Positions 10,005 to 22,715 of a stretch of 64,000 bases of DNA are shown here, piece by piece (position 1 is the first letter of the stretch; each line of letters starts with the position of its first letter). The notes under the pieces are model-generated. The model did no database searches. It saw only the letters and a list, made by a program, of their open reading frames with translations, and had not been told where the DNA came from. Origin of the DNA: an uncultured Acidobacteriota bacterium (GTDB lineage: Bacteria > Acidobacteriota > JAQAZP01). The translations under genes were made by a program, and so were the position numbers. The DNA lies in the NCBI GenBank assembly GCA_963836075.1, contig CAWIIB010000001.1, positions 672,001 to 736,000 on the forward strand, given 5' to 3'.

Positions 10005-11127
10005 GGAGCTGACCATCAACGGCCCGGACAACATGCTGCTCAACATGGGCCCGCAGCACCCCAGCACTCACGGCGTGATCCGCTTCGTGCTGGAAACCGA
10101 CGGCGAGGTGGTGGCCAAAGCCACGCCGGTGGTGGGCTACCTGCACCGGGGCATCGAGAAGATCGCCACCGAGTTGACCTACTCCCAGTTCATGCCGATC
10201 AGTGACCGGCTGGACTACGTGGCCTCGATGTGCGGCAACCTGGCCTGGTGCGAGGCGGTGGAACGGATGGCCGACATCGAGCCCCCCCGCCGGGCCCAGT
10301 TCCTGCGGGTCATCGCCACCGAACTGAACCGCATCTCCAGCCACCTGGTGGCGGTGGGCTCCTTCTGCAACGACGTGGGCGGGGTGACCCCGCTGGTGGT
10401 GGCCCTGCGCGAGCGGGAAGCGATCAACGACATCCTGGAACTGCTCAGCGGCGCGCGGCTGACCTACAACTACATGCGCATCGGCGGAGTCTCCCGGGAC
10501 ATGAACGAGCAGTGCCGCAAGCTGACCGCGGAATTCCTCGACCACTTCCCCCCTGCCCTGGATGAATTCAACCGCCTGATCACCTACAACAAGATTTTCA
10601 TCAAGCGGCTGGCCGATATCGCCGTGGTCACCCCGGAAGACGCCAAGGCCTACGGCCTCAACGGCCCCAACCTCCGGGGGTCGGGCATCCGCTTCGACCT
10701 GCGGCGCAACGAACCCTACTCGGTCTACCCCGAACTGGACTTCGAGATCCCGGTGGGCGAGGGTTACGCCGGCCAGGTGGGCGACTGTTACGACCGCTAC
10801 ATGGTGCGGATCAAGGAGATGTACGAGAGCGTCAAGATCGTCCGGCAGTGCCTGGAGATGATGCCCGAGGGCGACCTGACCGCCAAGGTGGCCCGGGTGC
10901 TGAAGATCAAGGCCGGCGAGCGCTACACCCGGACCGAGAGCGCCCGGGGCGAGATGGGCATCTACATCGTCTCCAACGGCGGCAAGACGCCCTACCGGGT
11001 GCGGGTGCGCACCAGTTCCTACTCGGCCCTGACCATATTCGAGAAACTGAGCCGTGGTCTGATGATCGCCGACCTGGTGGCGGTGATCGGCAGCTTTGAC
11101 ATCGTGGCGCCGGAAATCGACCGGTGA
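9997..11127 (+). CDS. nuoD: NADH-quinone oxidoreductase subunit D
   Basis: NMGPQHPSTHGV, GYLHRGIEK, DRLDY, C-terminal EIDR; no NiFe CxxC pairs. Confidence 0.95.
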   Translation: MPEELTINGPDNMLLNMGPQHPSTHGVIRFVLETDGEVVAKATPVVGYLHRGIEKIATELTYSQFMPISDRLDYVASMCGNLAWCEAVERMADIEPPRRAQFLRVIATELNRISSHLVAVGSFCNDVGGVTPLVVALREREAINDILELLSGARLTYNYMRIGGVSRDMNEQCRKLTAEFLDHFPPALDEFNRLITYNKIFIKRLADIAVVTPEDAKAYGLNGPNLRGSGIRFDLRRNEPYSVYPELDFEIPVGEGYAGQVGDCYDRYMVRIKEMYESVKIVRQCLEMMPEGDLTAKVARVLKIKAGERYTRTESARGEMGIYIVSNGGKTPYRVRVRTSSYSALTIFEKLSRGLMIADLVAVIGSFDIVAPEIDR

Positions 11128-11161
11128 CCCGTGCCCGTACTGAACGGGCAGGGAGTTCGAG

Positions 11162-12376
11162 ATGCGGTTTTTTGCTGACAGCCTGATCGAATCCTGGCCC
11201 CTGCTCCAGGGATGGCCGCCGTGGCTGGTCTACGCCCTGGTGATGCTGGTCTTTGGCGCGCTGGTGCTCTTTGGCTTTGTTTCGCTCTTCGCCGGCATCG
11301 TCACCGTGGTGGAGCGGCGCATCGCCGCGCGGATGCAGTTCCGCATCGGGCCCAACCGGGTGGGGATCCAGGGCTGCCTGCAGTGGCTGGCCGACGGGAT
11401 CAAGAACTTCACCAAGGAGGACCTGACCCCCGGCGGGGCGAGCAAACTGCTCTACCTCTTCGCGCCCTACCTGGTCTTCACCGGGCTGTTCCTCACCTTT
11501 GTCGCCCTGCCCTTTGGCCAGGCGCTGGTGATCAGCGACCTCAACGTGGGGATCTTCTACATCCTCGCCGTCTCCTCATTTGTCACCGTGGGCCTGGTGC
11601 TCGCCGGCTGGGCCTCGAACAACAAGTGGTCGTTGCTGGGCGGCATCCGTTCCGCGGCCCAGATCGTCAGCTACGAGATCCCCACCGGCCTGGCGGTGCT
11701 CACCGTGGTGCTGATGGCCGGAACCCTGAGCACCCAGGAAATCATCGGCCAACAGGGAGTCATGCCCTGGGACTGGTTCGTCTTTGCCAACCCGTTCGCA
11801 TTCGTCATCTTCTTCATCTTCTTTACTTCCACCCTGGCCGAGGGCAACCGGATTCCCTTCGACCTGCCCGAAGCGGAAAGCGAACTGGTGGCCGGGTACA
11901 ACGTTGAATACTCCGGCATGCGCTTCGTCTTCTTCTTCTTCGCTGAATACGCCAATCTCTTTGTCATGGGGGCGCTGACCGCGATCCTCTTCTTCGGCGG
12001 GTGGAACAGCCCCTTCAACTGGAGCACCAGCTTCTTCGGCCTGTTCCCCGCTCCGCTGGAAATCAGCGGGACGCTGTTCTTCATGGCCAAGGCGCTGAGT
12101 TTCGTGGTCTTGATCATCTGGCTGCGCTGGACCCTGCCCCGTCTTCGCGTGGACCAATTGATGGTGGTCTGCTGGCAATACCTGACCCCCATCGCCTTTG
12201 TCTGCATGCTGGGCACCGCCTTCTGGATGGTGGGCGCCCACCGCTGGGGCGCGCTGGACTATGTGAAATACCCCATCTTCCTCTTCGGGGTCTTCCTGGT
12301 CCTGGCCATGGCGGCCAGGGCCGTCCGCAATATCCGCCGGGTGGGCGACCCGGTGGATCTCAACCCCTTCCAGTAA
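11162..12376 (+). CDS. nuoH: NADH-quinone oxidoreductase subunit H
   Basis: [46 protein letters not shown]. Confidence 0.95.
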   Translation: MRFFADSLIESWPLLQGWPPWLVYALVMLVFGALVLFGFVSLFAGIVTVVERRIAARMQFRIGPNRVGIQGCLQWLADGIKNFTKEDLTPGGASKLLYLFAPYLVFTGLFLTFVALPFGQALVISDLNVGIFYILAVSSFVTVGLVLAGWASNNKWSLLGGIRSAAQIVSYEIPTGLAVLTVVLMAGTLSTQEIIGQQGVMPWDWFVFANPFAFVIFFIFFTSTLAEGNRIPFDLPEAESELVAGYNVEYSGMRFVFFFFAEYANLFVMGALTAILFFGGWNSPFNWSTSFFGLFPAPLEISGTLFFMAKALSFVVLIIWLRWTLPRLRVDQLMVVCWQYLTPIAFVCMLGTAFWMVGAHRWGALDYVKYPIFLFGVFLVLAMAARAVRNIRRVGDPVDLNPFQ

Positions 12377-12403
12377 ACTGGCGGGGAGAACGGACCAGGA
12401 CCG

Positions 12404-12916
12404 ATGAGCGCTGTTGCCGCATACTTCAGAAACATCAGGGAGGCCACCCTCACCGTCTTTGACGGGATGAGCGTTTCCCTCTCCTACCTCTTCCGCAAGC
12501 CGATCACCGTCCAGTATCCCGACCGGACACCGCAGCCGATCCTGGATATGATCCCCGAGGGCTACCGCGGCATCCTCGACGTGAAGACCGAGACCTGCAC
12601 CGCCTGTATGGCCTGTATGCGAAACTGTCCGGTGCAGGTGATCAACATCGTGGTGGAAAAAGTGGGTGATCCGCCCAAGCGGATGATGACCCACTTCGCC
12701 ATCAACGTGGCCAAGTGCATGTTCTGCGGGCTCTGTTCCGAGTCGTGCCCCACCGGCGCCATTTACCACACCAAGGAGTTCGAAGGGGCCTCGGAGAGCT
12801 TCAACGACCTGGTGCGCTTCTTTGTCGACGAGCCGGTGGTGCCCTACAAGCCGCCGAAGAAGGAAAAACCGGAGGCCGAGTCCCCTCCCGTCGCCACCAA
12901 CGGAGAACCGACGTGA
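12404..12916 (+). CDS. nuoI: NADH-quinone oxidoreductase subunit I
   Basis: TVQYP; two CxxCxxCxxxCP motifs. Confidence 0.95.
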   Translation: MSAVAAYFRNIREATLTVFDGMSVSLSYLFRKPITVQYPDRTPQPILDMIPEGYRGILDVKTETCTACMACMRNCPVQVINIVVEKVGDPPKRMMTHFAINVAKCMFCGLCSESCPTGAIYHTKEFEGASESFNDLVRFFVDEPVVPYKPPKKEKPEAESPPVATNGEPT

Positions 12917-13446
12917 GCAGTCCTGCAGACCTGTTGTTTTATCTCTTTGCGGCGATCACCATCGCTTCGGCGGCGGTGGTGGCCTTGGGGCGGAACATCC
13001 TCCACTCGGTCTTTTTCCTGCTGGTGGCCTTCAGCGGGGTGGCCGGGCTCTTCGTCCTGCTCCACGCCGACTTCCTGGCCGCGGTGCAGGTGATCGTCTA
13101 TGTCGGCGGCATCCTGGTGCTGATCCTCTTCGCGGTGATGATGACCCGCAAGGTCCGCACCCCCGAAGTTTCCAACGAGGCGGTGGGCCTCTGGCGCGGA
13201 CTGTTGCTGGGCGCCACGGCCCTGGCCCTGCTGCTGGCCATCGTCCTGCGCAGCACCTGGTTCGGCGGCCGGCCCGCCGGGACACCGGGAGCCGGAATGA
13301 CCACTGTGGATTCCATTGGCCAGTCGCTGCTCGGGGGATATCTCTTCCCCTTCGAGGTGGCGTCGGTGGTCCTGCTGGCGGCCCTGGTGGCTGCCGCCAT
13401 ACTGATTCGCAAGGAGGTCCGCGGATTCAACGGATCCGCGGACTGA
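12913..13446 (+). CDS. nuoJ: NADH-quinone oxidoreductase subunit J
   Basis: QVIVYVGGILVLILFAVM, FPFEVASVVLL; GTG start overlaps the nuoI stop. Confidence 0.93.
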   Translation: MSSPADLLFYLFAAITIASAAVVALGRNILHSVFFLLVAFSGVAGLFVLLHADFLAAVQVIVYVGGILVLILFAVMMTRKVRTPEVSNEAVGLWRGLLLGATALALLLAIVLRSTWFGGRPAGTPGAGMTTVDSIGQSLLGGYLFPFEVASVVLLAALVAAAILIRKEVRGFNGSAD

Positions 13447-13477
13447 TCAACATGTTCCGGGAGGCGTCGTTGAACCA

Positions 13478-13792
13478 ATGATTGGTCTGACCCATTACCT
13501 GGTGGTTGCCGCCGCACTGTTCGTCCTTGGCCTGCTGGCGGTGGTCAGCCGGCGCAACACCATCGCCATCCTGATGGGTGTGGAATTGATGCTCAACGCG
13601 GCGAGCCTCAACTTCGTGGCCTTCAACCGCTTTGCCCCGGGGTTTCCCGGAGCTTTGGACGGACAGGTCTTTTCCCTGTTCATCATCGTCCTGGCCGCAG
13701 CCGAAGCGGCAGTGGCCCTGGCGATCATCTTTGCCTTCTTCAAGATCAACCGCACGGTGGATGCCGATGCGGGGAACAGCCTGATGCACTGA
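13478..13792 (+). CDS. nuoK: NADH-quinone oxidoreductase subunit K
   Basis: RRN.I.ILMGVELMLNA, AAAEAAVALA. Confidence 0.95.
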   Translation: MIGLTHYLVVAAALFVLGLLAVVSRRNTIAILMGVELMLNAASLNFVAFNRFAPGFPGALDGQVFSLFIIVLAAAEAAVALAIIFAFFKINRTVDADAGNSLMH

Positions 13793-13831
13793 CGCCGCAG
13801 CGATGCGGATCAGCGACCGGAAAAGGGAGTC

Positions 13832-16048
<2,217 letters not shown>

Positions 16049-16137
16049 CGGCCCGCTAAATGGGGAAGACACGCACCCTCCGACGGGTGCAGGCGGATAC
16101 AACTTTTACCGGACCGTAGCGCTGGAGGCGAACGTTC

Positions 16138-17634
16138 ATGTTCGAGGAACACATCCTTTCCTGGATCACCTTCTTTCCCATCCTGGGGATGATCGTCATC
16201 ACGTTTCTCCCCAAGGAGAAGCACAATCTGATCCGGTGGACAGCGGTGGCCGCCACCACCCCGCCCCTCTTCTGGGCCTATCAGATTTTCTCCCGGTTCG
16301 ACCGGAGCACGGTGGAGATGCAGTTCACCGAGAAGGTGAGCTGGATTCCGGCGTTCAATATCGAATACTACATGGGCATCGACGGGATCAGCGTGAGCAT
16401 GGTCCTGCTCACCGCCCTGCTCTGCTTCTTCTGCATCTTTGCCTCCTTTGGCATCAAGAAGGGGCTCAAGGGCTACTTCGCCATGTTCCTGCTGCTGGAC
16501 ACCGGCATGATGGGTGTCTTCTGCGCGCTGGACTTCTTCCTCTTCTACGTCTTCTGGGAAGTGATGCTGCTGCCGATGTATTTCCTCATCGGCATCTGGG
16601 GCGGACCGCGGCGGGAATACGCGGCGATCAAGTTCTTCCTCTACACCCTCTTCGGCAGCGTGCTGATGCTGCTGGTGCTCCTCTCCTTCTACTTCTTCAG
16701 TGTTGACCCGGCCACCGGCCAGCACACCTTCAACCTGGTGACGCTGCAGAACCAGGCGACGCACATCGGCCCGCTCACCGGCGAGAACTTCCGCCTGATC
16801 TGCTGGTTCGCGCTGTTTATCGGATTTGCCATCAAGGTGCCGGTCTTCCCCTTCCACACCTGGCTCCCCGACGCCCACGTGGAAGCCCCCACCGCGGTCA
16901 GTGTCATCCTGGCCGGCGTTCTGCTGAAGATGGGGACCTACGGCATCCTGCGGATCTCGTACCCCATCCTGCCCGACGCCACCAGATATTTCGGCACCTT
17001 CCTCGCCGTGATGGGGGTGATCAACATCATCTACGGCGCACTCTGCGCCATGGCGCAGAAGGACTTGAAGAAGCTGGTGGCCTACTCGTCGATCAGCCAC
17101 ATGGGCTTCGTGCTGCTGGGCATGGCCAGTTTCACTCCGGAGGGGATCAACGGCGCGGTATTCCAGATGTTCAACCACGGCACGGTCACCGCCATGCTCT
17201 TCCTGCTGGTGGGCGTGATCTACGACCGGGCGCACCACCGGGAGATCAACGGCTTCGGCGGGCTGATCACCCAGATGCCGAAATACTCGGTGATCACCGG
17301 CCTGGCCTTCATGGCCGGCCTCGGCCTGCCCGGACTGTCCGCCTTCATCAGCGAGGCGATGGTCTTCCTCGGCGCCTTCCAGTCTCACAGGGTGCTGACC
17401 ATCATCGCCGTATCGGGCGTTGTGCTGGGCGCTCCGTACATGCTCTGGACATACCAGCGGATCTTCTTCGGCCCGCTGAAGGAGAAATACAAGACGCTGC
17501 CGGACATCAACGGCCGCGAAATGTTCACCCTGGTGCCGCTGGGAGCTATCGTGATATTCCTCGGGGTCTACCCCCTGCCGGTGCTCAACCTGATCAGCAC
17601 ATCGCTGAATTATCTGAACCAGCTGGTCAAGTAA
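16138..17634 (+). CDS. nuoM: NADH-quinone oxidoreductase subunit M
   Basis: FWEVMLLPMY, KVPVFPFHTWLPDAHVEAPT, LLKMG, DLKKLVAYSS. Confidence 0.95.
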   Translation: MFEEHILSWITFFPILGMIVITFLPKEKHNLIRWTAVAATTPPLFWAYQIFSRFDRSTVEMQFTEKVSWIPAFNIEYYMGIDGISVSMVLLTALLCFFCIFASFGIKKGLKGYFAMFLLLDTGMMGVFCALDFFLFYVFWEVMLLPMYFLIGIWGGPRREYAAIKFFLYTLFGSVLMLLVLLSFYFFSVDPATGQHTFNLVTLQNQATHIGPLTGENFRLICWFALFIGFAIKVPVFPFHTWLPDAHVEAPTAVSVILAGVLLKMGTYGILRISYPILPDATRYFGTFLAVMGVINIIYGALCAMAQKDLKKLVAYSSISHMGFVLLGMASFTPEGINGAVFQMFNHGTVTAMLFLLVGVIYDRAHHREINGFGGLITQMPKYSVITGLAFMAGLGLPGLSAFISEAMVFLGAFQSHRVLTIIAVSGVVLGAPYMLWTYQRIFFGPLKEKYKTLPDINGREMFTLVPLGAIVIFLGVYPLPVLNLISTSLNYLNQLVK

Positions 17635-17661
17635 CCGGCGGCGTCGCGGGGAGCGAGCGAG

Positions 17662-19317
17662 ATGGAAACCGAAAGCGTGAATGCGGTGAGCAGCCTCGGT
17701 GATGTGTGGACCGGCCTGACCCTCGCCGCCCCGGAGGTGCTGCTCACCCTGTTCCTGGTGCTGATCCTGCTGGCGGACCTGGTGCCCGGCCTGCGCCGCC
17801 AACGGATGGCGGCCTGGCTGGCGCTGATCGGGATCACCGTGGCCCTGGCCGCCACCATCCGTTTCTTCGTCATCGACTATCCCGAAACCGCGTTCTTCTC
17901 CGGGATGATGGCGCTGGATCCCCTGGCTCTCTTCTTCAAGCTGATCTCGCTCACCGCCACCGGACTGGCGGTGCTCTTCTCCATCGGCTGCAAAGCCCTG
18001 GACCGCCAGGACCGCGGCGAATACTACGCCCTGTTGCTGGCCACCGCCATCGGCATCAATCTGATGGCCGCCTCGCGCAGCCTGCTGATGGTCTACGTCT
18101 CGCTGGAAATGGTCAGCCTCGCCTCGTACGCGCTCACCGCCTACCTGCGGCGCAACCGCGAGTCGAGCGAGGCCGGCCTGAAGTACATCCTCTTCGGCGC
18201 CGTGGCCTCGGCGGTGATGATCTTCGGCATGTCCTACGTCTACGGCCTCACCGGCAGTCTTTCCTTCGAAGGGATCCGCACCGGCCTCAGCGGCATCGAC
18301 GCGGGCTCCACCCACCTTGCGGTGGGCATCTCGCTGATCATGATCCTCGCCGGCATCGGCTACAAGATCGCCGCCGTGCCGTTCCACCTCTGGTGCCCCG
18401 ACGTCTACCAGGGAGCGCCCACACCTATCGCCGCCTTCCTCTCCGTGGGGCCCAAGGCCGCCGGGTTCGCGCTGTTCATCCGTCTCTTCATCGACGCCTT
18501 TGCCTGGCCGGTGCACGGGTCCACCGGGCAGTGGATGGCCCTCACCTCGTTCAACTGGCCGATGCTGGTGGCGGTGCTCTCCGCCCTGACCATGACCCTG
18601 GGCAATCTGGCCGCCATCCCGCAGAACAACCTCAAACGGATGCTGGCCTACTCCTCCATCGCCCATGCCGGCTACATGATGATGCCGCTGGTGATTCTCA
18701 GCCGCGAGGGCGTGGAGTCGATACTCTTCTATCTCGCCGTCTACCTGCTGATGAACATGGGAGCGTTCCTGGTGGTGCTGGCCCTGGAAAACCGCTCGGG
18801 CCACCCGTCGATCACCGGTTTTCGCGGCCTGGCCTGGAAATCGCCCACCGGCGCGTTCATGGCCATCTGTATGACCGTCTTCCTCGTCTCGCTCACCGGC
18901 ATCCCGCCCATGGGCGGCTTCGCAGCCAAGTTCAAGCTCTTCGGCGCCATCATCGACTCGGAGACATTCTACTGGCTGGCGCTGCTGGGAGTGCTGAACA
19001 GCGCGGTGTCGCTCTACTACTACGCCCGGGTGGTCAAGGCGATGTTCTTCACCGGCAACCCGGTGGTGAAGGGTCACCTGGTGGAGCGCGAGGTGGCCTT
19101 TGGCGAGCGGAGCCAGCGCACCCTCTTTGCCGAGGAACTGACCCTGCGCTCCGGCGGCGCGGCGTCTGCCCCTGCCCTGCAGCGGCTGGACGACGCCCCC
19201 TTCGGCCGGCTGCACGCGGTGGTCATCGGTCTGCTGGCCGCCCTGGTGCTGCTGCTGGGCATCGCCTGGAACCCGCTGGAGCTGCTGTCCCAGTTCTCGG
19301 CCCGTTTCATCCTCTAG
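17662..19317 (+). CDS. nuoN: NADH-quinone oxidoreductase subunit N
   Basis: EAGLKY, KIAAVPFHLWCPDVYQGAPT, KRMLAYSSIAHAGY, GIPP. Confidence 0.95.
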   Translation: METESVNAVSSLGDVWTGLTLAAPEVLLTLFLVLILLADLVPGLRRQRMAAWLALIGITVALAATIRFFVIDYPETAFFSGMMALDPLALFFKLISLTATGLAVLFSIGCKALDRQDRGEYYALLLATAIGINLMAASRSLLMVYVSLEMVSLASYALTAYLRRNRESSEAGLKYILFGAVASAVMIFGMSYVYGLTGSLSFEGIRTGLSGIDAGSTHLAVGISLIMILAGIGYKIAAVPFHLWCPDVYQGAPTPIAAFLSVGPKAAGFALFIRLFIDAFAWPVHGSTGQWMALTSFNWPMLVAVLSALTMTLGNLAAIPQNNLKRMLAYSSIAHAGYMMMPLVILSREGVESILFYLAVYLLMNMGAFLVVLALENRSGHPSITGFRGLAWKSPTGAFMAICMTVFLVSLTGIPPMGGFAAKFKLFGAIIDSETFYWLALLGVLNSAVSLYYYARVVKAMFFTGNPVVKGHLVEREVAFGERSQRTLFAEELTLRSGGAASAPALQRLDDAPFGRLHAVVIGLLAALVLLLGIAWNPLELLSQFSARFIL

Positions 19318-19372
19318 AAGCGGCTTCATCCGCTCATCCGAGGCCCGATGGCGGTATTGACGAGATCCTCTG

Positions 19373-19401
19373 TTTACTCGCCGTCGATGCTCGGGTAAAA
19401 T
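19373..19401 (+). promoter_or_regulatory. sigma70-type promoter
   Basis: TTTACT-N17-TAAAAT upstream of GTG 19493. Confidence 0.45.
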
Positions 19402-19492
19402 TTCAATCTGCAGACGAACAGATCACTTTTCCGGATGATCAGGCCAACACCTTTGTCCGGACGACGCCATTACACAAGAGAGGATTTCACCC

Positions 19493-20284
19493 GTGCTCAA
19501 GACTACGTCACTCTGGATCCTGGCCCTGCTGATCACCCTGGCCAGCGCGGTGTACCAGCGGCAGACCGGCCCCACCTACCCCCTGGATGGTGAGTTTGAC
19601 CTGGACGGCGCAAGGGTCGCCTACAGCCTGACCCGGACCCATGGCGGCCCGGGGGACCAGGAGGTGCTGGTCACCGCCGAAGACCCTGCGGTGACCGGCA
19701 CGGTGACCTGGCGGCGCTACACCAGCGACGAGCAGTGGACCACAGCCCCCATGGAGCGCCGGGACGACCTGCTGGTGGCGGCCCTGCCCCACCAGCCGCC
19801 CGCCGGCAAAATCGAATACCGTCTGACCCTCTCCCGGGGAGGTGAGCAGCGGGCCCTTCCCGCTGCCGGGGTGGTGGTCACCCGTTTCAAGGGCGCAGTC
19901 CCGGGCTGGGCCCTGATTCCCCACATCATCTTCATGTTCGCGGCGATGCTGGTCTCCAACTTTGCCGGTCTCGAGGCCCTGCGGCCCACGGGCAAGACCG
20001 CCAGACCGGCACTGGTCACCTTTTCCCTGCTGACCCTCGGCGGGATGATTTTCGGGCCCATCGTGCAGAAGTTCGCCTTTGGCGAGTTCTGGACCGGGGT
20101 CCCCTTCGGCTGGGATCTCACCGACAACAAGACACTGATCGCCTTTGTCTTCTGGGCCGCGGCCGTCTGGGCCGGGAGGGGTGGTCGTCAGGGCCGCTGG
20201 TGGGTCTTCACCGCGGCCGTGGTGATGCTGGCCATCTTCCTCGTGCCGCACAGCATGTTCGGCTCGGAGATCAAATACAACTGA
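19493..20284 (+). CDS. hypothetical membrane protein (N-terminal TM, soluble beta domain, four C-terminal TMs)
   Basis: Coding-like codon use, RBS AGAGGA; motifs YQRQTGPTYP, WTGVPFGWDLTDNKTL, PHS; function not recognised. Confidence 0.7.
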   Translation: MLKTTSLWILALLITLASAVYQRQTGPTYPLDGEFDLDGARVAYSLTRTHGGPGDQEVLVTAEDPAVTGTVTWRRYTSDEQWTTAPMERRDDLLVAALPHQPPAGKIEYRLTLSRGGEQRALPAAGVVVTRFKGAVPGWALIPHIIFMFAAMLVSNFAGLEALRPTGKTARPALVTFSLLTLGGMIFGPIVQKFAFGEFWTGVPFGWDLTDNKTLIAFVFWAAAVWAGRGGRQGRWWVFTAAVVMLAIFLVPHSMFGSEIKYN

Positions 20285-20362
20285 CGTTAAAATGGGGACC
20301 TGTTCCTATCGCTGACCCCCCGTGTCCCCCACGGGTCGGGGGCTCGTGATGACAGGTGCTGG

Positions 20363-22501
20363 CTACCCGTCGATATAGCCCAGCGACTGCAGCTGGTTAC
20401 GCAGGTCCGCGTCGCCGTCAGCACCGCCGTCGGTCTGGCCGATGATCGGCTTCTTCACCTCACCGTTGCCGTAACTGTCCACCCAGCTCAACGTCTCGGG
20501 GGTGATGGTGCCGGCGTCGAAGAGGTCGTAGAGCACCTTGCCGTCCATGTCATGGGCCAGGGGCAGGCCGGCCAGGGCCAGCAGGGTCGGGGTCACATCC
20601 ACCACACTGCTCATCCCCCTCTCCAGCCGCACGCCGCGGCGGATTCCGGGCCCCCGGGCCATGATGATCCCCTCGGGGTGGTGGACACCGGAACTGAACT
20701 TGCGCCAGATCAGGTCCCCCATGGTGCACTGGCCGCCCTCGTAGCGCACCACCGTGTCCTTCTCGTTGATCCGCCCGGCGAGAAAGTGATCCTTGAGCCC
20801 CATGTTCAGCGAGATCCGCACGTAGTCGGCCTTGGAGCCCGGATTGTCGATCAGCTCGGGCTTGAAGAGCGCCATGTCCACGTCGGGCACCCAGAAGGTG
20901 GCCAGCGCGTTCTTGGCCTGGTTGAGGATCTGGTTCGCCCGGTCCTCGTCATCGGTCTGGGCGGTCATGAAGAGCTGGGACATGGTGTGGAAACCCTCCA
21001 GATCGTCGATGCCCAGACAGCCCAGCAGGGCGTCGGCCTTGATGCTCACCAGCAGGCCGCTGTGCTCGGGGCCGTCCACCAGCGACTGGAAGCCGTGATC
21101 GGAGATGATCATCACCCGGGTCTCCGGGCCGAGCCGGCCCAGCAGGTGGCCCAGCGATTTGTCCATTTCGCGGTAGGCGCCGTCGATCACTTTGCCGAAC
21201 TGCTTCACTTCCTCGTCGGTCACCTCATCGAAGCCGTGGGAGTCGTGATACTGCCAGTAGACATGGGAGATGGGATCGATGGTCTGGTGATAGTAAAAAG
21301 CGTACTTCGGTTTCTCGGTGGCCAACAGGTATTCGAAGATGTCCGCGTCCATGGCCAGGGCCATGAGGTATTTGCGGTAGTGGATCTCCGGCCGGCTGGG
21401 CTTGAACAGGCCGTTGTAGACATAGAGCGTCGCCAGGTTGGTCACCGAGGAGAGCTTCACCCCGTGTTTCACCGCCTTGAGCACGGCGATGCCCAGTTCT
21501 ATTCGCGAGGCCGATTCAGCGCCGGACTTGCCGGCGGTCTTGATCTCCTTGATGAAGGAGAGCGACGTGGGGTAGGTCAGCGAGTTGCGGGCCAGCCAGC
21601 CGGGCACCAGAAAGCCGTTGAGTTTCACCGGCGGCCAGGTGCAGAGCCACTCGTAGAGGCCGGTCTTGCCCCCCTGCTCCTCGAGGATCTCCCAGACCGT
21701 CTTGGCCTTGATGTCGAGGTACGAGGCGTTGAGGAAGTCGCGGACCCCGTGTTTGTCGGGCATCTTGCCGGTGGCGATGCTGGTCCAGATCATCGGCGAG
21801 AAGATCGGCGTCAGCGAGGTCAGCTCCCCGTAGCAGCCCTGGTCCATGATCGAGGCAAAGGTGGGCAGTTCGCCCCGGGACACCATGTCATCCATGATCA
21901 CCGGGCTGGCCCCGTCCAGGCCGATGATGATCATTTCCAACCCGCCGTCGGCCAGGCTCTGCGGCGGGGCGCGGAAGAGGGCCGACACCGGCCAGAAAGC
22001 GGCCAGCACCAGCAGGGCCACCAGGGCGATGTTGCGCGAGGCGCGGAGCATCCCCCGGCTGGCGCCGGCAGCCCGGTTGCGGAAGACCACGTACCAGGCG
22101 CAGAACAGGCCGGCGGCCAGCAGGATGCCGGCCACCAGCAGGAAGGAGACGAAGGCGCTGCCAAAGAGGCCCAGCCCCAGCCCCAGCAGTATGCCGGGCA
22201 GCACGAAGGAGGCGACGATGATCATTGCCAGGCCCAGGGACGGCACGGCCGCCAGGGCGTTCTCTCTGCCGGAGGGAAGCAGCAGGGCCAGCAGACCGGT
22301 GAAAATACCGGCCAGCAGACCGGCGGCCGCGGGAAGCAGCACCAGCCAGAAGAGGAAACCGCCAAAGGAATCGATAAAAACGGGATTGAATATGAGAAAG
22401 ACCACCGCGGTGAACAGCCCGGCAAAAACACCCCACAGCGCGCCGCACGCGGCAAGCAGGGGGATGGCACCCATATCTCCGCTGACCCTGGATTGACTCA
22501 T
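20363..22501 (-). CDS. membrane-anchored alkaline phosphatase superfamily protein (nucleotide pyrophosphatase/phosphodiesterase-like)
   Basis: About 5 N-terminal TMs; IIGLDGAS, SPMIWTSIATG, ISDHGF, GVHHPEG, DVTPT, C-terminal LQSLGY. Confidence 0.8.
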   Translation of the reverse strand: MSQSRVSGDMGAIPLLAACGALWGVFAGLFTAVVFLIFNPVFIDSFGGFLFWLVLLPAAAGLLAGIFTGLLALLLPSGRENALAAVPSLGLAMIIVASFVLPGILLGLGLGLFGSAFVSFLLVAGILLAAGLFCAWYVVFRNRAAGASRGMLRASRNIALVALLVLAAFWPVSALFRAPPQSLADGGLEMIIIGLDGASPVIMDDMVSRGELPTFASIMDQGCYGELTSLTPIFSPMIWTSIATGKMPDKHGVRDFLNASYLDIKAKTVWEILEEQGGKTGLYEWLCTWPPVKLNGFLVPGWLARNSLTYPTSLSFIKEIKTAGKSGAESASRIELGIAVLKAVKHGVKLSSVTNLATLYVYNGLFKPSRPEIHYRKYLMALAMDADIFEYLLATEKPKYAFYYHQTIDPISHVYWQYHDSHGFDEVTDEEVKQFGKVIDGAYREMDKSLGHLLGRLGPETRVMIISDHGFQSLVDGPEHSGLLVSIKADALLGCLGIDDLEGFHTMSQLFMTAQTDDEDRANQILNQAKNALATFWVPDVDMALFKPELIDNPGSKADYVRISLNMGLKDHFLAGRINEKDTVVRYEGGQCTMGDLIWRKFSSGVHHPEGIIMARGPGIRRGVRLERGMSSVVDVTPTLLALAGLPLAHDMDGKVLYDLFDAGTITPETLSWVDSYGNGEVKKPIIGQTDGGADGDADLRNQLQSLGYIDG

Positions 22502-22677
22502 CGCACCTATTTTCCTTTCATCGGAGAGACCGCTCGACTCGGAGGAGGGACGCTGGGCTGTCCGAACGCAAAATGACAACGACAACAACAAACTGAGCTA
22601 AAAATTATATCACAACGGCCCCTCCCGGAACCCTAAAACTGCTTCGGACAGAACAGTTCTCCACTTGAGCGGCCCGC

Positions 22678-22706
22678 TTGTCCGGCGCCTTCGGCGTTTC
22701 TATAAT
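22678..22706 (+). promoter_or_regulatory. sigma70-type promoter, near-leaderless transcript
   Basis: TTGTCC-N17-TATAAT, with ATG 22716 only 9 nt after the -10. Confidence 0.55.
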
Positions 22707-22715
22707 AGCCGCACC

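Noticed and set aside
9997-11127. Group 4 [NiFe]-hydrogenase large subunit
   Set aside because: It lacks both CxxC Ni-binding motifs and has the NuoD quinone-site signatures.
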